DNA from: Patescibacteria group bacterium UBA4787
GTDB lineage: Bacteria > Patescibacteriota > Patescibacteriia > UBA2591 > UBA4787
Direction of reading: 5' to 3'
Assembly: GCA_002402995.1 (NCBI GenBank)
Contig: DHGX01000001.1
Coordinates: forward strand, 12,850-76,849
Length of the DNA stretch: 64,000 nt
The notes beneath the pieces are model-generated. The model ran no database searches. It saw nothing but the letters and a program-made list of their open reading frames with translations, and was not told where the DNA came from. The position numbers were made by a program, and so were the translations under genes. Positions 58,278 to 64,000 of this stretch are shown piece by piece. Numbering within the stretch: position 1 is the stretch's first letter; each line of letters starts with the position of its first letter.

Positions 58278-58583
58278 TTATTTTTTATTGTATTGATGTT
58301 TAGGTTTTTCGGAAACAATGCTTATAACCTTTTTCCAGACTTGTTTACCGGTAAAACTCAGTAATTTTTTTGAACTGAATTTTATGTAACCTTCTTTGGC
58401 GGCATATAAAGTGTCGTCTTTGCCACGTTTAACATTCTTCCCGGGTTTAAATTTAGTGCCTCGTTGTCTAATAATTATTGATCCGGCGTTGACGTGTTGG
58501 CCATCTTGAGCTTTGACACCCAAACGTTGGCCGTGTGAATCACGACCCAAAACTGTTGAACCACCTGCTTTTTTATGCGACAT
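58278..58583 (-). CDS. rpmA: 50S ribosomal protein L27, with ~15-aa C-terminal extension
   Basis: [24 protein letters not shown] start. Confidence 0.85.
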   Translation of the reverse strand: MSHKKAGGSTVLGRDSHGQRLGVKAQDGQHVNAGSIIIRQRGTKFKPGKNVKRGKDDTLYAAKEGYIKFSSKKLLSFTGKQVWKKVISIVSEKPKHQYNKK

Positions 58584-58768
58584 ATAATACCTGAACTTAA
58601 TTTGTTTATAAGTTATTTCATTTTAAACAAATATTTTTTTTCTGTCAATAGTTTTTTAGGTTAGAAAATTATAGTTGACAAGAAGCCATTTTTCTGCTAT
58701 ATTGTATTTAATTGTATTTAGTAATCACCCTGGTTCATTAAAAAATTTATATCGATAAAGGAGAAAAA

Positions 58769-59299
58769 ATGAAAAGGATTTTATCCTGTCTTCGTCCTCG
58801 ATTGTTCCGCGGCGTAATAATTATGGGTTTATTCGTCTTCTTGGCAGAAACTACGGTATTCGCCTGGTCAATTAATGATCGCGTTATTAAATCCGATGAC
58901 GAAACATGGCTTTCGGTCAGCGAAACAGTCGCGACTGGTATCGGCGGCCCCTTGCTCATTAGATGGGGCTGGAATAAGGCCTTTAAAAACACCGATACGA
59001 CAAGCGACTTTGCCCAATCAGCAGTTTTCAAGAGAGTGTGTCTTTCTCACGTGATAGCCACAGGAATTTTTTTGATTATTCCCGCCAAGGCTCCTCATGA
59101 CAATGATCCGTGGGGCACAAATCCCGCGATGTTGGCTATAGCATGGGTGCCGATCGATATAGGCATAGCCGTTTATAAATTCGATAAGGCGAGAAATCGA
59201 GCTAAGAATTCTTTGAAGAAAGAAGAGACATTTTCTCTGGATGTCCAGCCAATTTTTGGGAGAAGCAGAACAGGTATCCTTTTAACTAAGAAATTTTAA
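58769..59299 (+). CDS. hypothetical membrane/secreted protein (176 aa)
   Basis: AGGAGA RBS. N-terminal hydrophobic segment and two more helices. Local GC is above the flanks. Followed by two hairpin terminators (59305-59334, 59361-59396). Confidence 0.4.
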   Translation: MKRILSCLRPRLFRGVIIMGLFVFLAETTVFAWSINDRVIKSDDETWLSVSETVATGIGGPLLIRWGWNKAFKNTDTTSDFAQSAVFKRVCLSHVIATGIFLIIPAKAPHDNDPWGTNPAMLAIAWVPIDIGIAVYKFDKARNRAKNSLKKEETFSLDVQPIFGRSRTGILLTKKF

Positions 59300-59389
59300 G
59301 TATTTAAGCGATCTGAAAAAATCAGATCGCTTTTTGTTTTGAAAGATTTTCTGAAAATTAAAAAGATTGCTTTTGATTGAGCAATCTTT

Positions 59390-59704
59390 TTATTTTAGGC
59401 AGATTTTCATCTTAACGATGTCTTTGAGCGGAACCTGTTTGCAGCAACCGTCCCACAAGGTTCTAATGTAAGAGACCATATCATTGTGGTCGCCGACAAT
59501 AAAGACCTTCTGGAGTATGAGTTTTTTGCCGTTGTTCAAATAGGTAATGGTCACCGGCACCGCGCTGCCATTTATTCTTTTGACGAGCAAGATGAAAAGT
59601 TTTCTTTTCCTGGCCTCATCTTCAGGAAAATGGCACGTGGAACAATTCTGCTGTTTGTCTTGCTGGTTATAAGGGGTTCCACAGAATGGGCAATCTATTA
59701 ACAT
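59390..59704 (-). CDS. hypothetical protein with N-terminal C4 zinc-ribbon (104 aa)
   Basis: CPFCG...CSTCH near the N-terminus. Confidence 0.3.
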   Translation of the reverse strand: MLIDCPFCGTPYNQQDKQQNCSTCHFPEDEARKRKLFILLVKRINGSAVPVTITYLNNGKKLILQKVFIVGDHNDMVSYIRTLWDGCCKQVPLKDIVKMKICLK

Positions 59705-60063
59705 TGCACTCGCCTCCTTTGTTCCGCCAATTAGCAGATTTGTTTTTAAAAAGAACTTTTCACTTTTATTTAATTATAATCATCTTACTGATTTTGTTAA
59801 GAGGATAATTTTTGCATCTTAATTTGACAGAATTTTTAATTCTGATAATATAAAGATATGAAAAAGATTTTATTAAATAATAACCGCAATAATAATTCGT
59901 TTTAAGCGAAGCGGTTTTTGTTTGATAAAAATTATTCAAATAAAAATCCGCTTTGCGCGGATCTTTTTTATTCCACAGGCTTTTTTGTCTAAATCCTGGG
60001 GTAATTTCAGCCCAAAGCTGATTCGTTCAGGGCGGACAATTGACAATTAATCCTCGACGTTAT

Positions 60064-60139
60064 TCTCCCGTAGTTCAATTGGTAGAACGCTGCACTGTTA
60101 ATGCAGATGTTGGAGGTTCGAGTCCTTCCGGGAGAGCCA
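60064..60139 (+). tRNA. tRNA-Asn (anticodon GTT), CCA encoded
   Basis: Acceptor TCTCCCG/CGGGAGA, anticodon stem CTGCA/TGCAG with loop CTGTTAA, T loop TTCGAGT. Promoter-like TTGACA at 60040. Confidence 0.8.
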
Positions 60140-60683
60140 TATGGGATGAGCAGAGCCAAAAGCTCTGCTTTTCTCTTTATTTACGGACTTTTTCAGCGGT
60201 TAGAACCTTTGCGATTACTTGGTTGGACACGAGTGAAGCGGTTTTCATCGGCACAAGTGAATTTTCTGAGGAAACACTAATCTTTTTGTTCATAAGTGAG
60301 AGGCTCGAACCGAGAGTGGAGAGAATCTCTTTTTTTCTCCCGCTGGCCGGTTTTGAATTTTATCACGGCGTGCTCCACGAAATCAAAGGCTTCATTAGCA
60401 AATTTAATCCGCTTGTCTATCTGATCACCAACTGTGTCCCAGTTGATATCGTTCTTCTCTGACTCGCAATTGTCTGGACAATAGTCGTGTTTTACAAAAT
60501 CTCTCCTCCTTCGTCCTCATGGAGGACTACGAAAGGACACGGAAAGCTGGCGGCGTATCTCCTTGTGCTGTGTCTTCTTTCGGCGAATTTTGCTTTGTAT
60601 CTGAATTACTCTATATTGGATGCTTAATTAATACTCCAGATTAATAATTACAGATTAACAATAGGGCAGATATTATAATACCC

Positions 60684-60775
60684 TGTTTTTATTATTAGGG
60701 TATTGACAGAGTGTAGTTATGGGTATATATTCATAATAGATAGCTATAATAAAGGTTGAGCTATCTGTTAAACAA
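60684..60775 (+). promoter_or_regulatory. promoter with overlapping palindromes upstream of the DUF5320-DUF134 genes
   Basis: Palindrome AATACCCT-n12-AGGGTATT overlapping TTGACA, a 17-nt spacer, then TATATT. A second palindrome GATAGCT-n13-AGCTATC lies downstream. Confidence 0.4.
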
Positions 60776-60793
60776 TAATAACCTACAAAAACT

Positions 60794-61033
60794 ATGCCAA
60801 GACTAGATGGAACTGGGCCTTGGGGAATAGGAGCTGGCGCTGGTTGGGGCTTAGGCCCTTGCGGTGGTGGCTTCAGACGAGAATTCGGCCGTGGATTTGG
60901 CAGATACTGGAGATTCGGTTCTCAAGTATTACCCAAAGACGAAAAGCAGATGTTGGAAGACGAAGCCAAAATTTTGGAAGAAGATTTGAAATCCGTGAAA
61001 GAACGCCTCTCTGAACTCAACGCCCAAAAATAA
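60794..61033 (+). CDS. DUF5320-family small protein (Gly-rich N-terminus, coiled-coil C-terminus)
   Basis: MPRLDGTGPWGIGAGAGWGLGPCGGG start characteristic of DUF5320, then EDEAKILEEDLKSVKERLSELNAQK. Confidence 0.55.
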   Translation: MPRLDGTGPWGIGAGAGWGLGPCGGGFRREFGRGFGRYWRFGSQVLPKDEKQMLEDEAKILEEDLKSVKERLSELNAQK

Positions 61034-61129
61034 AGAAGGCCAAGAGCCCAGCCCTTCCTTTTGGGAGGGCTGGGAGAGCCTTCTTAATTAGAGAACATCA
61101 GTTAATTTAAGTTATTTCAATATAAATTT

Positions 61130-61405
61130 ATGCCACGACCAAGACTTTGCAGACGAATACAATTTGACCCAAATATCACTTATTTCAAACCTCAAGGCGT
61201 GCCGATGAGGGAACTCGAGATTATTGAACTTACGACCGAAGAAATAGAAGCGTATCGCTTGCGACATATTAACGATTTAGAACAGCAGAAAGCGGCTGAT
61301 AAGATGCACACCTCACAAAGCACATATCAGAGAATACTTTATTCCGCTTATAAAAAAATTGCGGACGCTTTGATAAACGGCAAGGCGATAAAAATTATCA
61401 AATAA
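61130..61405 (+). CDS. DUF134 (UPF0251) family predicted DNA-binding protein
   Basis: MPRPRLCRRIQFDPNITYFKPQG N-terminal signature and a C-terminal sigma-70 region-4-like HTH (QQKAADKMHTSQSTYQRILYSAYKKIA). Confidence 0.6.
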   Translation: MPRPRLCRRIQFDPNITYFKPQGVPMRELEIIELTTEEIEAYRLRHINDLEQQKAADKMHTSQSTYQRILYSAYKKIADALINGKAIKIIK

Positions 61406-61512
61406 AATAGAGCCGAAATTTAAAGGACTGTTTATAATTCTTTTTCTTTTTGCTACTATATCAATATAGATTGATATTTGCCTGCCTCTCGGCAGACAGG
61501 CGCAAAACCCCT

Positions 61513-61758
61513 ATGAATTTTAATTGTTGTAAAACCAAAAAATCAAAGAGCAATCTTAATCGGGTTATGGATTTTTTGAAAGTTATCTCGGAAGAAAACC
61601 GCCTGAAGATTTTATGCATTCTGCGAAAGCAGGAAAAGTGTGTCTGTGAAATCTGGCAGTTTTTGGATTTGCCGCAAAATCTGATTTCTCATCACTTAAA
61701 GGTCTTAAAAGATTCTGGCCTGATTGATTCAAGAAAAGAAGGCACCAAAGTTTTCTAG
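61513..61758 (+). CDS. ArsR/SmtB-family metalloregulator (short, possibly C-terminally truncated)
   Basis: ENRLKILCIL...CVCEIWQFLDLPQNLISHHLKVLKDSGLI. The Cys-Val-Cys in helix 3 and the HTH match ArsR. Ends abruptly after SRKEGTKVF. Confidence 0.55.
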   Translation: MNFNCCKTKKSKSNLNRVMDFLKVISEENRLKILCILRKQEKCVCEIWQFLDLPQNLISHHLKVLKDSGLIDSRKEGTKVF

Positions 61759-61877
61759 TTATTAAATCATAAAAATATCAAAAAATTCACTTCTTTGCTG
61801 TCGCATTTTATTAAATAACTAAATAAAAATATGACCATCAAAATTTTGGCTTCGTCTTCCAACATCTGCTTTTCGCT

Positions 61878-62165
61878 TTGGCGTTTTGTCCTTACAGTGG
61901 GGTTTTGTTTTTCGGAACTCTGATCTCTTTGGTTTTAAAATCAACGGAGAGTTTGATTTTGCCGCCTATTTTCGCTTTAGGAACTGGGTTGTCAGTGATA
62001 ATATTTTCTTTCTTAATCGCTTTTTCAATACAGAAAGTCAGTAAGGCGTTTCAGATAGTTCAGAAAGTTGAAAAAGTGATGAGGTATACGGTCGCTTCAA
62101 TATTCTTAATTACGGGAGTTTATTATTTGCAATATCTTATAAGATATTTGATTAATATTAGTTAA
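61878..62165 (+). pseudogene. C-terminal fragment of a CcdA/DsbD-like membrane protein (TTG start in track, 95 codons)
   Basis: Three TM helices ending ...KVMRYTVASIFLITGVYYLQ, similar in character to the C-terminus of the 414-aa protein at 62468 (…KYSRWSHLIGGILMLIIGLLLIF). No proper N-terminal half. Confidence 0.3.
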
Positions 62166-62190
62166 TAAAATTATTTACTTAACAAAATCT

Positions 62191-62463
62191 ATGAAAGTAT
62201 TAAAATTTGGCGCTGTTTGGTGCTCTGGTTGCTTGGTGATGAAGCCAAGATGGGCAGAAATTGAAAAAGAATTGCCTTGGTTGGAAACAGTAATGTATGA
62301 CCACGATAAAGATAAAGAAATGGTTGGAAAATATAAGATTGATGAAGGAGTCCTGCCCGCCTTCGTTTTTCTTGACAAAGAAGGCAAGGAAATTCTGCGC
62401 CTTAATGGCGAGCCGTCAAAAGAAGAACTGTTGAAAGTTATTAAAGAAAATAAAGAAAAGTAA
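62191..62463 (+). CDS. thioredoxin-fold protein (CxxC: WCSGC)
   Basis: KFGAVWCSGCLVMKP active site, 90 aa. Confidence 0.6.
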   Translation: MKVLKFGAVWCSGCLVMKPRWAEIEKELPWLETVMYDHDKDKEMVGKYKIDEGVLPAFVFLDKEGKEILRLNGEPSKEELLKVIKENKEK

Positions 62464-62467
62464 AAGT

Positions 62468-63712
62468 ATGAACAAGAAAACAATCCTTTTGGTTTTGGGG
62501 ACTATTGTTGTTTTTGGCTTTTTGTTCGGTTCTGTTCTAAAAACAGAAAAAGTTTCAGCTGTTGAGAAAGAGGTGAATATTTATTTTTTCTGGGGCGAAG
62601 GTTGTTCGCATTGCGTCAAAGAAAAACCATTTTTGGAAAAACTTGAGAAGAAATACCCGGAAGTGAAAGTCTATAATTTTGAAGTTTGGGGAAATAAAGA
62701 CAACCAAGGGCTGTTAGTAGAAATCGGTAAAAGGCTTAATGCTAATATTTCGGGCGTGCCTTTTACCGTGATTGGCGAGAAATATTTTATCGGCTGGTAT
62801 GATGAACAAAGCACCGGTGCGGCTATTGAAGACGCTGTTAAATGCGTAAAGAAAAATAGCTGTCAGGATATAGGCGGAGAAGTTTTATCTTTGGCTGATC
62901 AAAATGCCAAGCAGAATAAAGATCAGGAAGGTGGCGACGGTGAAGATGAAAAATCTCCCATTCCACAAAAACTTAACGTTCCTATTTTAGGAGAAATTGA
63001 AACCAAAAATTTTTCTTTGCCTGTGTTGACAATAGTTTTAGGCGCTTTGGACGGCTTTAATCCCTGCGCCATGTGGACGCTTTTGTTTTTGATTAGCTTG
63101 CTTTTGGGAATGGAAAACAGAAAAAGAATGTGGATTTTGGGCAGTGCCTTTATTGTCGCCTCGGCTTCAGTGTACTTCGTGTTTATGGCGGCTTGGCTAA
63201 ACTTAATTTTATTTATCGGTTTAGTGGTTTGGGTAAGAATAATTATTGGTCTAATCGCTCTTTTGGGCGGTGGTTATAACTTAAAAGAATACTTTACCAG
63301 TCCAAAGTCCGGATGCAAAGTAACGGGCGGCGAGAAAAGACAAAAAGTTTTTGAAAAACTGAAAAATATCACTCATCAAAAAAGTTTCTATTTAGCTTTG
63401 GGTGGCATTATTATTTTGGCTTTCGCGGTTAATTTAGTTGAACTCATCTGTTCAGCCGGCCTGCCGGCGGTTTATACGCAAGTCTTGGCTTTGAGTAATT
63501 TGGCAAAGTGGCATTACTACCTCTACATCCTGCTTTATATTTTTATATTCATGCTGGATGATTTAATTATCTTTTTTATTGCCATGACCACTTTACGGAT
63601 GACCGGCATTACCACTAAATATAGCCGCTGGTCACATTTGATTGGTGGAATCTTAATGTTAATTATCGGCCTACTGCTGATATTTAAGCCCGGCTGGTTG
63701 ATGTTTGGTTAA
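62468..63712 (+). CDS. thioredoxin-like domain fused to a DsbD/CcdA-like polytopic membrane domain
   Basis: Signal anchor, then FFWGEGCSHCVKEKP thioredoxin-type CxxC. The membrane domain has conserved Cys in TM segments (GFNPCAMW, ELICSAGLPAV). Confidence 0.5.
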   Translation: MNKKTILLVLGTIVVFGFLFGSVLKTEKVSAVEKEVNIYFFWGEGCSHCVKEKPFLEKLEKKYPEVKVYNFEVWGNKDNQGLLVEIGKRLNANISGVPFTVIGEKYFIGWYDEQSTGAAIEDAVKCVKKNSCQDIGGEVLSLADQNAKQNKDQEGGDGEDEKSPIPQKLNVPILGEIETKNFSLPVLTIVLGALDGFNPCAMWTLLFLISLLLGMENRKRMWILGSAFIVASASVYFVFMAAWLNLILFIGLVVWVRIIIGLIALLGGGYNLKEYFTSPKSGCKVTGGEKRQKVFEKLKNITHQKSFYLALGGIIILAFAVNLVELICSAGLPAVYTQVLALSNLAKWHYYLYILLYIFIFMLDDLIIFFIAMTTLRMTGITTKYSRWSHLIGGILMLIIGLLLIFKPGWLMFG

Positions 63713-63789
63713 ATATTTAATTACTCTTTTCTGAATCGTTTGAATTCTCTCAATTTCGTTTTGTGGGTATCAATCTTTTGCTTTTCCCT

Positions 63790-64000
63790 CTCAATTACTC
63801 GCCTTCCGTCGCTCTACGGGCTACGGAGGGCAAAGCCACGGGCCTGTCGTGGGCCGGAGGTAGCCAGCTCGTAATTCGGGGCAACCCTTCGATAAGCTCA
63901 GGGCAGTTTTCACCAGTAACGCACGATTTTAAACGGCGAAATGTTGCCGGGAGTCTGTCAAATTGCGGTTCTAAATACGTGAAGCGCGCGGAGTTATGGT
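63790..64000 (+). ncRNA. candidate structured RNA at the window edge (identity unknown)
   Basis: A GC-rich (~58%), ORF-free, helix-rich tract (ctacgggctacggagggcaaagccacgggcctgtcgtgggccggaggtagccagctcg...) directly after an AT-rich gene. Continues past the window end. Confidence 0.2.

Noticed and set aside
60040-60462. 140-aa plus-strand ORF
   Set aside because: Contains the entire tRNA-Asn(GTT) gene (60064..60139) in frame. No RBS, and protein-unlike composition.

Overview
This window is a low-GC (~35%) bacterial chromosomal segment. Its gene content and streamlined layout resemble a Candidate Phyla Radiation/Patescibacteria-type genome. That assignment is inference; nothing here can confirm it.

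The housekeeping backbone is mostly on the minus strand up to ~43 kb and mostly on the plus strand after ~52 kb. It includes dnaG (N-terminal part, cut by the window start), a TsaC/YrdC homolog, a cation-diffusion (CDF) transporter, a DEAD-box helicase, engB, nrdD (class III anaerobic ribonucleotide reductase), holB, a GT4 glycosyltransferase, mreB, secA with hpf upstream, two tandem gpmI paralogs, eno, an ABC-F ATPase, two ftsH paralogs, tadA, infB, a four-domain S1 protein, dnaN, hup and rpmA. There are six tRNAs: Ser-GGA, Leu-TAG, Leu-TAA, Gly-GCC, Asn-GTT, all called by hand.

The main things worth a second look:
- At least four families of GC-rich hairpin-forming intergenic repeats. The commonest (family A, about 10 copies of ~50-205 bp) supplies the stop codons or C-terminal tails of several genes.
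- A tRNA-Ser flanked by a small GIY-YIG nuclease gene and a 17-nt direct repeat of the tRNA 3' end.
- A ~1.3 kb high-GC islet next to that tRNA.
- A five-gene secreted/surface module under an XRE-type regulator: a Cys-rich secreted protein, a lipoprotein, a seven-bladed beta-propeller protein and a zinc-ribbon membrane protein. It is bracketed by 80-bp direct repeats.
- A tRNA-flanked island carrying an 823-aa membrane protein with a C-terminal HExxH motif and a decayed 3' duplicate of itself.
- An AT-rich ORF-free 0.7 kb tract next to an L,D-transpeptidase gene remnant.
- A cluster of four TTATCAAC-type DnaA boxes just upstream of dnaN with no dnaA adjacent, which is a candidate oriC.
- Two tandem paralogous small basic protein cassettes with near-identical terminators.
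- A DUF5320-DUF134 operon.
- An ArsR/thioredoxin/DsbD-like thiol-redox cluster with a decayed member.
- Two candidate small structured RNAs.

No CRISPR array, rRNA or transposase was seen. All calls rest on motif recognition by eye; no searches were run.
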